From a virus (Duplodnaviria > Caudoviricetes), in the IMG/VR virus record IMGVR_UViG_3300037846_000042, positions 1-46,695 of that record: DNA of 46,695 nt; one strand, written 5' to 3'. Within the stretch, counting starts at the first letter, position 1. Every line of letters starts with the position of its first letter. Made by a program: the position numbers and the translations under genes. The notes beneath the pieces are model-generated. The model saw only the letters and a program-made list of their open reading frames with translations. It did no database searches and was not told the origin of the DNA. This document shows positions 1 to 8,399 of the stretch, one piece after another.

Positions 1-170
1 ATCGGATACTCAAGCAGCCGCAATATTTGGCAATTGCGCAGCGTCGTCGGCACGGCCACGCATGAGCCGTTGACCTTGCGGGCCTCGGGCAGGTAGTGCT
101 CCACGCGCGCGGGATCGCAGCCGCGGTAGACCAACAGGTTCCTGTTGCGATCGTGGTAGAGGTCGATCAT
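1..170 (-). CDS. N-terminal part of the SNF2-type helicase (continues at 46695)
   Basis: ATG at 170 overlaps the upstream stop (ATGA); reads MIDLYHDRNRNLLVY...LRLLEYP with no stop to position 1 and joins in frame to IQKGYKPLAHQKLMANF at the other end. Confidence 0.75.
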   Translation of the reverse strand, partial: MIDLYHDRNRNLLVYRGCDPARVEHYLPEARKVNGSCVAVPTTLRNCQILRLLEYP

Positions 171-463
171 ACGAACGGCATCCAGATATGGCCATTGTCG
201 AGACGACGGAGCTGATAGCCACACATATGTCGACGCGCAAATTCCTTGCGGACAATCAAGCCGCTTGGCGCAAGTCGCGCGTTGAGATAGGTGACAAGAG
301 TCCAAATTATGTGCTCACTCTCGGGGCCGCCATCAGGATCATCTTCATATAGATAATCAAAAATTTCTTTTCGCATAACGCCGTGCGGATGCGTAGCCAC
401 AAACCAAAAAATCTGCTTCATCCTGCCGGACAAAGCGCGAATCACTTCACCTTTAGTCGCCAT
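167..463 (-). CDS. Hypothetical protein, winged-helix/OmpR-C-like DNA-binding
   Basis: 98 aa; EIFDYLY...IWTLVTYLNARL...GYQL resembles the response-regulator wHTH pattern; tightly packed in the operon. Confidence 0.5.
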   Translation of the reverse strand: MATKGEVIRALSGRMKQIFWFVATHPHGVMRKEIFDYLYEDDPDGGPESEHIIWTLVTYLNARLAPSGLIVRKEFARRHMCGYQLRRLDNGHIWMPFV

Positions 464-735
464 GTCTCGATCGTCCTTATGACCACCTCCGCGGTGCCCG
501 CAACCACGAGCCCGCCTGCTTCCTCGATCTCAGCCATGCGTCGCTTCTGGATCGTCGTGGGGACTTTGCCTTCCCGCTTGACTTCGATGCCCCAGAACCG
601 GCCTTCGATGCACGCCACGATGTCGGGCACACCACTCTTGCCGAACCCCGCCATGTAGGGAGAGAAGAAAAAGCAGCCGAGACCCTTCAGGTAGGTTTTG
701 ATCTCGTCCTTTTCGTAGCCCTCGGGAGTTTTCAT
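442..735 (-). CDS. VRR-NUC domain nuclease
   Basis: GVPDIVACIEGRFWGIEVKREG...PTTIQ...IEEAGG matches the VRR-NUC PD-(D/E)XK pattern. Confidence 0.88.
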   Translation of the reverse strand: MKTPEGYEKDEIKTYLKGLGCFFFSPYMAGFGKSGVPDIVACIEGRFWGIEVKREGKVPTTIQKRRMAEIEEAGGLVVAGTAEVVIRTIETWRLKVK

Positions 736-920
736 CAGAATGGAATCTCGTTGTCGAGATGATTTTTAACCGGCTCCGTCGAAGGCGTGGGATTTTCATC
801 CTCAAAAAGAGCTTTGTCCAAGAGATCGTGCACGCGCAAAGAAAGACTTACACTGTCAGGAATGCGCGAAAGTGCTTCGAGCGCAATAGAAAGGTTTTTG
901 ATCGTATTTGAATTTCTCAT
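735..920 (-). CDS. Hypothetical protein
   Basis: 61 aa, stop/start overlaps with both neighbours, ends in NEIPF. Confidence 0.6.
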   Translation of the reverse strand: MRNSNTIKNLSIALEALSRIPDSVSLSLRVHDLLDKALFEDENPTPSTEPVKNHLDNEIPF

Positions 921-1141
921 TGCATCCTCGCTTTGGTAAAATCGAGCGGCTTCTCAGCGTCCCCAAACTCGACCACGATCATGTGAGCGATCTGGTCGTG
1001 CTGGATGTACACGGTGTCGGTCATGAAGTAGCCGTTGACCCGCACCATGCCGACCAGTGCGGCGAAACTGTCGCCCTCGGCCAACGGGCGGTCGAACCAG
1101 ATGGTCGGGGTTTGCTTGAGCGTGACGCGGACGACTTTCAT
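917..1141 (-). CDS. Hypothetical protein
   Basis: 74 aa, ATGA-type overlaps with neighbours. Confidence 0.65.
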   Translation of the reverse strand: MKVVRVTLKQTPTIWFDRPLAEGDSFAALVGMVRVNGYFMTDTVYIQHDQIAHMIVVEFGDAEKPLDFTKARMQ

Positions 1142-1797
1142 TTAGGTTTCCTGTTATGTTTGCAATCCATCACGGGACACCAGCCGCAAAGCGCACCTGG
1201 CGTCTTCTCGAACGTTTCCATCTTGATCGCGTGCGCCACGTCATCCATAGTCTTGTGGACGCGTTTCCACGTTGTCGCAGTGTCCGAGCAGTCGTGCGGC
1301 TCGCCCAGGCGGTTTTCCTTGAGCCAGACGTAACGACCGACGATCATCTTGATCTCGGGGTGCTTGGCCTGGAGCAAGAGCGCTTGAATTTCCAGCTCGT
1401 AAGGGTCCTCGCGCACCTTGCCAGTCTTCCAGTCAAGCAGCACGGCCGACTGCTGGCCGACGATCGGCGCATCGAGCTTCCCGCGCAGCCACACGGAGCT
1501 GTCCCAGAAGCCCACAGCGGCGCCCTGCGCCGTGATGCCGAGCTTCATCTCGGGTACGACGCCACGTCCATCGAGCGCCGCGGCGAACGGCTCGTACTGA
1601 GCGAAGCGATCGACCAGAGGATGCGGCGCCGTGGGGTCGAGACGCTTCTCCATGGCGTTGTGCACGTCGTTGCCGTACTTCATTTCGGGCGACTCGGGTT
1701 CCTTGGGCAAGTCCTTGATGATATATTTGCGCGCGGCCTGATGATTGCAAATCGACCACGTATTTAAAAATGTGTAGCTGGCTACGGGAAGGTTCAT
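1138..1797 (-). CDS. PD-(D/E)XK (Cas4/RecB-like) exonuclease
   Basis: Start reassigned to MNLPVASY; G..VH..ME, RGKLD, LLDWKTGK and C-terminal LCGWCPVMDC Fe-S-type cysteines. Confidence 0.85.
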   Translation of the reverse strand: MNLPVASYTFLNTWSICNHQAARKYIIKDLPKEPESPEMKYGNDVHNAMEKRLDPTAPHPLVDRFAQYEPFAAALDGRGVVPEMKLGITAQGAAVGFWDSSVWLRGKLDAPIVGQQSAVLLDWKTGKVREDPYELEIQALLLQAKHPEIKMIVGRYVWLKENRLGEPHDCSDTATTWKRVHKTMDDVAHAIKMETFEKTPGALCGWCPVMDCKHNRKPK

Positions 1798-1919
1798 AGC
1801 TTTTTCCAAACGATCCAGGCACAGATGAGGACTGCGATAGGGCCGGCGACGACCGCCCACGCCAGCAGCAAGTCGACCACCAATCGCGCCTGGTTCTCGA
1901 TGGCAATCGGAGGGATCAT
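1794..1919 (-). CDS. Small membrane protein
   Basis: 41 aa MIPPIAIEN...AWIVWKKL, one hydrophobic helix, ATGA overlaps. Confidence 0.45.
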   Translation of the reverse strand: MIPPIAIENQARLVVDLLLAWAVVAGPIAVLICAWIVWKKL

Positions 1920-2083
1920 CGCACTATCCTGAACAACCGCCGACCGGATGCGAGCGCGGCGCGATATTGCTCGATCGTCAGTCCGAAACACCATGCTTCG
2001 TAGCGCCGTATGTATTCGTCGCTCGGCATTCCGGCCTGGAACTCCGCAAGCGAGCAAGTGTATTTGAAAATGGGCTCGGTCAT
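1916..2083 (-). CDS. Hypothetical protein
   Basis: 55 aa MTEPIFKY..., ATGA overlap with the upstream gene. Confidence 0.5.
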   Translation of the reverse strand: MTEPIFKYTCSLAEFQAGMPSDEYIRRYEAWCFGLTIEQYRAALASGRRLFRIVR

Positions 2084-2382
2084 TTGAACACCACGGCCAA
2101 GGTATCGATCACGCGCGCCGCTGCCGCGGGTTTGAGCGTCCGCAAATGGATGAGGCACGCCTTGAGTACCATCATATCGGGTGCTTCCTCTTTGGCCGGC
2201 TGCGCAGCCTCGATCTCGGCGCGCGTGCGGCGTTTGCGCCTAGGCGCGGGTTCGGCATCACCTCCTTCCTGTTGCGTTGCATTATGTTGTCCTCCCGGAT
2301 TGGATGGCGGTTGGGAATCGGACATCACCTCCTTTCCCGTTGACTTCGGTCGTGCGGCGCGGAAACTGAATGTGTCGGTCAT
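2080..2382 (-). CDS. Hypothetical protein with basic RKRRTRAEIEA motif
   Basis: 100 aa; a similar KRTRRTKAQMEA motif occurs in the SSB-like protein. Confidence 0.6.
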   Translation of the reverse strand: MTDTFSFRAARPKSTGKEVMSDSQPPSNPGGQHNATQQEGGDAEPAPRRKRRTRAEIEAAQPAKEEAPDMMVLKACLIHLRTLKPAAAARVIDTLAVVFK

Positions 2383-2516
2383 TTCGGCTCCTTCTTCGCT
2401 CGCTCATACCTTCTCAACAGCTCCTCGAACAGGAGCAAATTAGTATTGCTGAACCAAGCCGACACTTGCTTGCGCAAGAGCGCGATCAGCTCGGCGTCAC
2501 TTAGGTTGTTTTGCAC
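2379..2516 (-). CDS. Hypothetical protein (start uncertain)
   Basis: LSDAELIALLRKQVSAWF...RYERAKKEPK fills the gap between neighbours; GTG at 2516 chosen tentatively. Confidence 0.4.
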   Translation of the reverse strand: MQNNLSDAELIALLRKQVSAWFSNTNLLLFEELLRRYERAKKEPK

Positions 2517-2973
2517 GTTTTCGCCCCAAATACGCTTTTGTTTTTGCGCGTCCACAGGCGCGACATTGCCGCATGACGACCTTTCCGCCTCGCCACACAT
2601 AAGTATTTTCTGGCGTAAATTCGTGGCCACTGTCGCAGTGGGTCTTTCTAAAGTTGACGCCGCCAAACCCACGGCCTCGACGTAAGTTTTCTAATCGCGT
2701 CACAGGTTCAAGGTGATCAGGATTGACGCAGCAGCGCAAGCGGCAAAGATGATCAAGCTCAGAAGGTGGGAGGCGCCCATGTTTCAAAACGTAAGATACG
2801 ATATGCGCGCCTGTGTTCTTGTGCGTCCCGCGCCGACCAATAGTGAATCGACCGTAGCCGGCTTTGTCCATTTCTCCGAGCCACAGCCAACACCCCGACA
2901 TAGGTTCGGGAATGTAGCTGCGCTCAAAGCGCGCCGACACGTTGCGCAGCATGGTTGCTAGACTACTTCTCAT
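2497..2973 (-). CDS. HNH homing endonuclease
   Basis: PEPMSGCWLWLG, AHIVSY, LDHLCRLRCCVNPDHLEPVTRLEN, C-terminal KTHCDSGHEF...CRAC. Confidence 0.9.
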   Translation of the reverse strand: MRSSLATMLRNVSARFERSYIPEPMSGCWLWLGEMDKAGYGRFTIGRRGTHKNTGAHIVSYVLKHGRLPPSELDHLCRLRCCVNPDHLEPVTRLENLRRGRGFGGVNFRKTHCDSGHEFTPENTYVWRGGKVVMRQCRACGRAKTKAYLGRKRAKQPK

Positions 2974-4807
2974 AGCGACTTCCGTAGTTCCCCTCCGCAT
3001 CGAGTGGGAGATCGGGCGCCCAAGAGGGCGGCACTTTCAGAGCATCCAAGCAATACTTGAATTGCTTCTCGCTCCACACCGGGTCTTTACGAATCAGTAT
3101 CCAAATTTCGTCGTGGCTCATTCCTACCACGCGCATCCCGGCGCGGCTGATCACTTTCATCGCCTCGCCTACGATCTCCCTAGCCAGAGCCTCGCACACG
3201 TGCTGCACCAGCTTGGAACCCCACATGCGGGTCCAGCCTTGCCGGGTCTTGAGCTTGTAGCCGGTCGGGAAGCCTTTCTCATCGGGTTCGTGATCATAAG
3301 TCAGCGTGTCATAGATCAGCGGCACGCCGGAGGGGGTGTACATGCGATGGTTCTCGATCCGCATCGGACCCCATTGGGTCGTCTCGCCGTTGGCCAGGCA
3401 GCCTAGGATTTGCTCGGCGGCTCGCCAGTAGGCCGTGACCGCAGTGTGGCTGCTGCGGTAAATAGCGACTCTCCGATCTCCTTCAGCCTCGCTGATAATA
3501 ATGGGAGGTCCGTACAGGCCGATTGCAGCTGTCTTTGTAAATTTACGACCCCCGCAGCCATACCCACACATAAGTTCGCCTTGCTTGCCAGCTCCTCGCT
3601 TAGCTGTAAGCTCGTCTCGTCTGGGATCGGAGTCAGCAGGCTTGTAGATTCGCTCTCCATAGAAGGCACTGGCGAGTTCGGCGTAGGGGTCCTCATGCTT
3701 TCGAAACTTGTCAACGACATCCCATTGTCCGGCGAGCCAGTTGAGGAGGCGGCACTCGATCTGGGAGGAGTCGATGACGGCGAGGTCGTAACCTTCGGGG
3801 GCAAGGATCGTACTTCTAAGCGCGTGCCCTCTTTTGAAGTTCTGAAAGTTGCTACCATCCCCTCCGCTCCAGCGAGTCGTAAGGGCTCCTGCGTAACGGA
3901 GATAAACGCATAGTGGCCCGCGTCCAGCCATAAATCCGAGCGACTCAACTCGGCTTTGGATAGCCGTGGATTTGATGCCGAGACGCGCGCGAGCCAGCCC
4001 GCTAACTCTTGGATCGTCATGATCGAGCAGCTCCTTCATGAAGTCATCGGTTTTGGCAAAGGCGTAGATCGGGCCGTTCTTTCCTTGCTTCAGAGCCGGT
4101 TCCACACCTTCCTGGCGCAATAGATCAGCAAAGCGATCAGCAGACTGAAGATCAGCAGCGCCGATCCGTAGAGCAGAAAGAACATCAAATTTTCGCTCAT
4201 TTTCCTCGCTCCAAATCTTGCCGAGCAGATCGATGTCGCCGCGCAGCGTGGGCTCGGTAAACATTCTAATCGTACAATCTACTAGCTCGTATTCGCCCTT
4301 CGGAAAGTCCTCAGCCAGTCGCTGAAACAGCGCCCATATGCTTTCCACCTCATCCTCGCACCCCTGCGCCACCAGGCGCTGCACGTCGGGCGTCAGCTCG
4401 TGCCAATGTCGTCCTTTGAACAGCTCGTAGGGGGTTTGCTTGGCCGACATATTAAAGTGCTTGCGGACGCTATCCAGGCTAACAGACAGATGATTGCCCA
4501 GAAGAAGACGAGCCATGGATAAAGTATCAAAAATAAAACGAGGCCGCACACCGTAATGATGAGCAAGTATAAGACAATCAAATTGCGCATGATGGCAGAT
4601 GACAGCCGTGTCAGACCAATCCTGTTGCGCCAATACTTTCTTGAGTGCGCTCTCATTGTACCACCCCGCAGGCTCGTTTGCGCTCCACTTGATCGCCGCG
4701 CCGTGGGCTTCGAACCGCGGATCGCGAATGTAAGACTCGGTCGTCATTTTTGACAGAGTGAACTCGGTCGAGAAAAAAGTTTCGAAGTCCAAAGCGATGA
4801 TTCTCAC
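2963..4807 (-). CDS. Family A DNA polymerase with 3'-5' exonuclease
   Basis: Exo I LDFET, Exo II HHAQFD, motif A DSSQIECR, motif B R...K...L..GYG, motif C SHDE. Confidence 0.93.
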   Translation of the reverse strand: MRIIALDFETFFSTEFTLSKMTTESYIRDPRFEAHGAAIKWSANEPAGWYNESALKKVLAQQDWSDTAVICHHAQFDCLILAHHYGVRPRFIFDTLSMARLLLGNHLSVSLDSVRKHFNMSAKQTPYELFKGRHWHELTPDVQRLVAQGCEDEVESIWALFQRLAEDFPKGEYELVDCTIRMFTEPTLRGDIDLLGKIWSEENERKFDVLSALRIGAADLQSADRFADLLRQEGVEPALKQGKNGPIYAFAKTDDFMKELLDHDDPRVSGLARARLGIKSTAIQSRVESLGFMAGRGPLCVYLRYAGALTTRWSGGDGSNFQNFKRGHALRSTILAPEGYDLAVIDSSQIECRLLNWLAGQWDVVDKFRKHEDPYAELASAFYGERIYKPADSDPRRDELTAKRGAGKQGELMCGYGCGGRKFTKTAAIGLYGPPIIISEAEGDRRVAIYRSSHTAVTAYWRAAEQILGCLANGETTQWGPMRIENHRMYTPSGVPLIYDTLTYDHEPDEKGFPTGYKLKTRQGWTRMWGSKLVQHVCEALAREIVGEAMKVISRAGMRVVGMSHDEIWILIRKDPVWSEKQFKYCLDALKVPPSWAPDLPLDAEGNYGSRYEK

Positions 4808-5061
4808 TCGCCCGGCCCTTCCGCAAGACTGCGCTTCTCTGCTGCAACGGCTGCGTCAACTCGATCTCTCGGCAGCCACACCACAAGGCCGATTTTCTTT
4901 GTCTGGCCGCCGCCGAACAGTTCCTCCGCCTGAATGCTGTTCGTGTAGAATGTGATCTTTGTTCCGTGCTTGGTTTTGTCGACAGAATGCGCGTCGTTCA
5001 ATAGGTTTTGAAAGACGACGTTTTCGTCGCCAACCGCTAAGATCAATTCGGACATCTTCAT
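4804..5061 (-). CDS. Hypothetical protein
   Basis: 85 aa, overlaps neighbours by 4 nt. Confidence 0.65.
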   Translation of the reverse strand: MKMSELILAVGDENVVFQNLLNDAHSVDKTKHGTKITFYTNSIQAEELFGGGQTKKIGLVVWLPRDRVDAAVAAEKRSLAEGPGE

Positions 5062-5249
5062 CGGCCACCTCGTTGGATTTTCTTCCAGCCAACCTTCTCA
5101 AAACGGTCTTCTTCCGCGCTGACCGCCACCATCGGCATGAAACACTTGTCGCACATCGGAACGCTATGGTCGGAGGACAGCCTATCGGATTCGGCCTCGT
5201 CGATTTCACGCTTGGTCTTACATCCGACGCATTGGGCGATGATCTTCAT
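5058..5249 (-). CDS. Small zinc-ribbon protein
   Basis: CVGC...CDKC; GGAGG RBS upstream. Confidence 0.65.
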   Translation of the reverse strand: MKIIAQCVGCKTKREIDEAESDRLSSDHSVPMCDKCFMPMVAVSAEEDRFEKVGWKKIQRGGR

Positions 5250-5284
5250 TTAAGCCTCCCTCTCAGTCCATTCCGGGAGTGTCG

Positions 5285-5599
5285 CTATTGTCGCTCAATC
5301 TGCGCTTGCCCTGATGTCGAGTCGTCGATCATCTGGGCGACCATCCGAGCCATGAGGATCGAGCTTTCCTTGAGCTGGCCGAACTTCTCGCGGAAGGAAA
5401 CAACTTGCGCCAGATAGTAGTCACGCTGAACCTTGAGGTCAGCCAGCTCGCCCTCGAAATGGATAGCCTTCTGCCTGGCAATGTCGAGGGCGTGCTGGAG
5501 CCTGACATTGTCATCCTTGAGCCCCGCATTCTCATCGTACATCGCCATGATGTCGCGGATTTTGGACTCATGCGCGTCGCGGCCGTTTGCATCGGTCAT
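5285..5599 (-). CDS. Hypothetical coiled-coil protein
   Basis: Start reassigned to MTDANGRD, which has a GGAGG RBS. Confidence 0.65.
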   Translation of the reverse strand: MTDANGRDAHESKIRDIMAMYDENAGLKDDNVRLQHALDIARQKAIHFEGELADLKVQRDYYLAQVVSFREKFGQLKESSILMARMVAQMIDDSTSGQAQIERQ

Positions 5600-5760
5600 G
5601 ACTCCTCCAGCAGTTCTTTTTCGATTTGCTTCTGCTCGATTCGTCGCGCGCGACGATGCTCTTGGCGTTTCAAATCGCGCGGAATGGGAGCGCAACAAGG
5701 ACATCCGCGACCTCCAGGCCCTACGCAGACAAGTGCGTAAGCTGCTTTTTCCAAACGCAT
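5596..5760 (-). CDS. Small Cys-rich basic protein (GPGGxxCxCC), not in ORF track
   Basis: 54 aa MRLEKAAYALVCVGPGGRGCPCCAPIPRDLKRQEHRRARRIEQKQIEKELLEES; GGGAGG RBS; ATGA overlap with the next gene. Confidence 0.7.
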   Translation of the reverse strand: MRLEKAAYALVCVGPGGRGCPCCAPIPRDLKRQEHRRARRIEQKQIEKELLEES

Positions 5761-5783
5761 TGCGGCCTCCCTTGTTTACGTGG

Positions 5784-5812
5784 ATTGTGCGCTTTGTGAG
5801 GATGGCTGTCAA
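5784..5812 (-). promoter_or_regulatory. Sigma70-type promoter driving the polymerase operon
   Basis: TTGACA-17 nt-CACAAT on the minus strand in a short intergenic gap. Confidence 0.65.
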
Positions 5813-5988
5813 GCCCTCAATAGTCGTTCTGCTAAAAACATGATTACGGGTTTCAAATCGGTAATTGTGCTTGCCGACTCGACAGCCTCCTGAACTCGGT
5901 TGAAATCGTCCCATGTTTTAGCGGCAAAAAGCGAACATTCATTCTTGGTGCGATATTCCTTGATCGCTTTAATATCGTTTGACCGCAT
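5809..5988 (-). CDS. Small protein with a ribosomal L7/L12 C-terminal-like motif
   Basis: IKAIKEYRTKNECSLFAAK resembles the L7/L12 pattern KIxxIKxVRxxTGLGLKEAK. Confidence 0.45.
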   Translation of the reverse strand: MRSNDIKAIKEYRTKNECSLFAAKTWDDFNRVQEAVESASTITDLKPVIMFLAERLLRA

Positions 5989-6224
5989 TACACCCACTCC
6001 CATTTGTCGATAGTTGGAATCTTATAGTGCAGCAGAAACCGCACGGCCATGCAGGCCAATTTATATCGACGCCAGGCATGGGCGGCGTGCGGTTTGCCGG
6101 TGCTGTTGTGGCCGGCCTCGAACAAGAAAATACTCTCGATCGAGTAGCCTGTGAGCTGGCTCAGCTCGGCCATCGTGAGCTTCATGGTGCGGCGCCATTG
6201 CTTGGCCTTGTCGTGCTCGGTCAT
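5988..6224 (-). CDS. XRE-type HTH protein
   Basis: WRRTMKLTMAELSQLTGYSIESIFLFEAG. Confidence 0.75.
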   Translation of the reverse strand: MTEHDKAKQWRRTMKLTMAELSQLTGYSIESIFLFEAGHNSTGKPHAAHAWRRYKLACMAVRFLLHYKIPTIDKWEWV

Positions 6225-6514
6225 GCCCATGGATTCCACCCTCTCCAGCCTGGACGTGAAAGTCTGCTGATTGGCGTTACGCGATGCGTCATTTTGTAGT
6301 TGGGATCATAGAGCGGAGACATCGGTTTTCCGAGCGCGTTCAATGCAGGCCGCTCTTGCAACTCTTTGGGTTTGCGCTTCTTCGCTGGCGCGAGCTGGCG
6401 CGCAATCTCCGCAAAGACCGACGTGCGCACGTCGTCGGGCAAGCCTTTAGATAGGCGACGAATCGCTTCGACGGTTTCGCTCGCGATTTGAGCGACATTG
6501 TTCATTTGACCCAT
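6221..6514 (-). CDS. Hypothetical protein
   Basis: 97 aa, AGGA-rich RBS upstream. Confidence 0.6.
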   Translation of the reverse strand: MGQMNNVAQIASETVEAIRRLSKGLPDDVRTSVFAEIARQLAPAKKRKPKELQERPALNALGKPMSPLYDPNYKMTHRVTPISRLSRPGWRGWNPWA

Positions 6515-6553
6515 TTTCGTCCTTTCCTTTTGCCTTTCGGCTACCCGTTGGTG

Positions 6554-6579
6554 AAAAGCGACCCCTTGGCGAGGTCGCT
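6554..6579 (-). terminator. Rho-independent terminator
   Basis: AGCGACC stem / GGTCGCT followed by a T run on the minus strand, just after the 6603..7427 stop. Confidence 0.6.
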
Positions 6580-6602
6580 GATGCGTTATTCTGAGTGTCG
6601 CG

Positions 6603-7427
6603 CTAGGGCAGCGGCGCGGCTTTTATGAGCGACACGAGCTTGTCGGCCATTAGGACGTAAGCCGCCGACCGCGCCGCCGACCGCGCCGCCGACTCCGCCG
6701 CCGACTCCGCCGACTCCGCCGACCGCGCCGCCGACTCCGCCGCCGACTCCGCCGACTCCGCCGACCGCGCCGACTCCGCCGACCGCGCCGCCGACTCCGC
6801 CGACCGCGCCGCCGACTCCGCCGACCACGCCGCCGACTCCTCCGCCGACCGCGCCGACCGCGCCGACTCCGCCGACCACGCCGCCGACTCCTCCGCCGAC
6901 CGCGCCGACCGCGCCGACCGCGCCGCCGACCGCGCCGACCACGCCGCCGACTCCGCCGACCGCGCCGCCGACCGCGCCGCCGACCGCGCCGCCGTTTTAT
7001 CGACGGCTTGGCCCTTTGTGAGCGGCACTAAAACATCCGCGCATTGTTTGATTGCGTCGCGCACAAGCGGATGGTCGATGCCAGGATTGACGCTCTTGTC
7101 GGTCAACAGCCAATGTAAAAATTGCCAGCCTACACACGACAGGTCGGAACCGGGCGCAACGGCCGACATGAATCGAACCGGCCACGCCTTCGCAGTGCCG
7201 TTGGGCAAGCCTTCGAAAATACAATCTTCGAGTCGCGCCAGCATTTGCGGAATGCCAAACCGCGATTCGTACTCCGCGTGATTGCCGGAATGGATCGTGC
7301 ATCCAACCGCGCACCCTTTACCTTCCTCCCAATACCGGCCTTTCACGATTTCGTCGAGCCTAGCGTGCTGTTCGAGTTGCTCTAGCACTTGTGCCTTGGT
7401 GACTGTTGTGTTGACGAAAGCAAGCAT
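6603..7427 (-). CDS. Hypothetical early protein with C-terminal SAAR/SAE/SAAW repeat tract
   Basis: 274 aa, GGGAGG RBS, globular N-terminus (YWEEGKGCAVGC, IFEGLP) followed by a ~110-aa Ala/Ser repeat. Confidence 0.8.
   Translation of the reverse strand: MLAFVNTTVTKAQVLEQLEQHARLDEIVKGRYWEEGKGCAVGCTIHSGNHAEYESRFGIPQMLARLEDCIFEGLPNGTAKAWPVRFMSAVAPGSDLSCVGWQFLHWLLTDKSVNPGIDHPLVRDAIKQCADVLVPLTKGQAVDKTAARSAARSAARSAESAAWSARSAARSARSARSAEESAAWSAESARSARSAEESAAWSAESAARSAESAARSAESARSAESAESAAESAARSAESAESAAESAARSAARSAAYVLMADKLVSLIKAAPLP
6660..6993 (-). repeat. In-frame 9/12-bp minisatellite (GCCGAC-based units)
   Basis: Tandem ccgccgact, ccgccgaccgcg and ccgaccacgccg units encoding SAE, SAAR and SAAW. 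Confidence 0.9.
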
Positions 7428-7459
7428 CTAACCCTCCCATATGATGCGAACACCTCGGC

Positions 7460-7705
7460 TTACGCCTCGGCGCCCGCGGTCCAAATAACCGCGCCCGCGT
7501 CATGCGCGCGCTTTGCCTCGATAAAGCAGCGGTAGGTCGCACGGCCATGGCTGGCGGTGCCGTTGTGTGTGTCGACAGAGTGTATGGACCAGCTTGCGTT
7601 GTCCTCGACAACGTACACGATCCGGTTGGCGCGCTGGGCCAGGATCACCAGCAGCGTGGTTGGTTCCACGGAGCGCAGGTCTTGGTCATGTTGAGTCCAG
7701 GTCAT
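7460..7705 (-). CDS. Hypothetical protein
   Basis: 81 aa, ATGA overlap with the upstream gene. Confidence 0.55.
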   Translation of the reverse strand: MTWTQHDQDLRSVEPTTLLVILAQRANRIVYVVEDNASWSIHSVDTHNGTASHGRATYRCFIEAKRAHDAGAVIWTAGAEA

Positions 7706-8019
7706 ATCGCGTGACCAGAATGAGTAGCTGGCCGGCGCGCTTCGCCTTCGCTTGATTTAGCGATTGGCGCCAGCATTGCCGACTCGGCGCGCTTCCAATC
7801 CGGCGCGTGGTTGTTGCGCGCGTCTTCATTGATCGCCGTTGCGGCTGCGCCAAGGCGAGCTGAAATCTCGATCTCGCCATCACGAAACGCGCTTGCGGCT
7901 TGAAGGCGCAAGTAAGTGGCCACAGTCTTAGGATCGCGGCCAACCGAATCATTGCCGCGATCGCCGATCAGCTTGCAGCAATATCCCAACTCACCTTCGT
8001 TCCAATGAATGTTCATCAT
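7702..8019 (-). CDS. Hypothetical protein
   Basis: 105 aa, AAGGGG RBS. Confidence 0.55.
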   Translation of the reverse strand: MMNIHWNEGELGYCCKLIGDRGNDSVGRDPKTVATYLRLQAASAFRDGEIEISARLGAAATAINEDARNNHAPDWKRAESAMLAPIAKSSEGEARRPATHSGHAI

Positions 8020-8095
8020 TTTATTTCCCCTTCCTTGCCGGCATGAGTGCCGCTACTGGCCACCAAGGTGATGACCAGAGGCTGCATTCACGTGG

Positions 8096-8386
8096 TCAAT
8101 AGTAGCAATGATGAAATACCAGATTGCCTGCGTCGTCACCTGTTAGATAGCCGCGCACGGTCCGGCCAAAGAGCTTGCACGCGGCGGGAATCGAAAAATA
8201 GGTGTCGGCTTCTCCGAGTACATAAACCGTGCGCCGCATGTCGCCTTCGAGATTGGCTAGGCGACAGTTGTTCACGCGCGCCAGCGAATCGCCGCCCATC
8301 CATCGGGCAGACCATACGATCGCGCCATCGGCCTGCGTCTCGCTTACATCAGCTCTGTATTTCTGCAACATTGCCGTGCCCTCCAT
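8096..8386 (-). CDS. Hypothetical early protein
   Basis: Probable start MLQKYRAD after GGAGGG; conserved-looking GEADTYFSIPAAC...VRGYLT. Confidence 0.65.
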   Translation of the reverse strand: MEGTAMLQKYRADVSETQADGAIVWSARWMGGDSLARVNNCRLANLEGDMRRTVYVLGEADTYFSIPAACKLFGRTVRGYLTGDDAGNLVFHHCYY

Positions 8387-8399
8387 TGTTTGACAAGAT

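Noticed and set aside
1138-1797. Cas4 as evidence of a CRISPR system
   Set aside because: Stand-alone PD-(D/E)XK exonuclease in a replication operon, which is common in phages
6586-6942. Gly/Val-rich ORF (MVGAVGG...)
   Set aside because: Alternate-frame read of the minisatellite inside 6603..7427; no RBS or unique sequence
6660-6993. DGR template/variable repeat or CRISPR
   Set aside because: Simple coding tandem repeat; no reverse transcriptase in the genome and no adenine-specific variation
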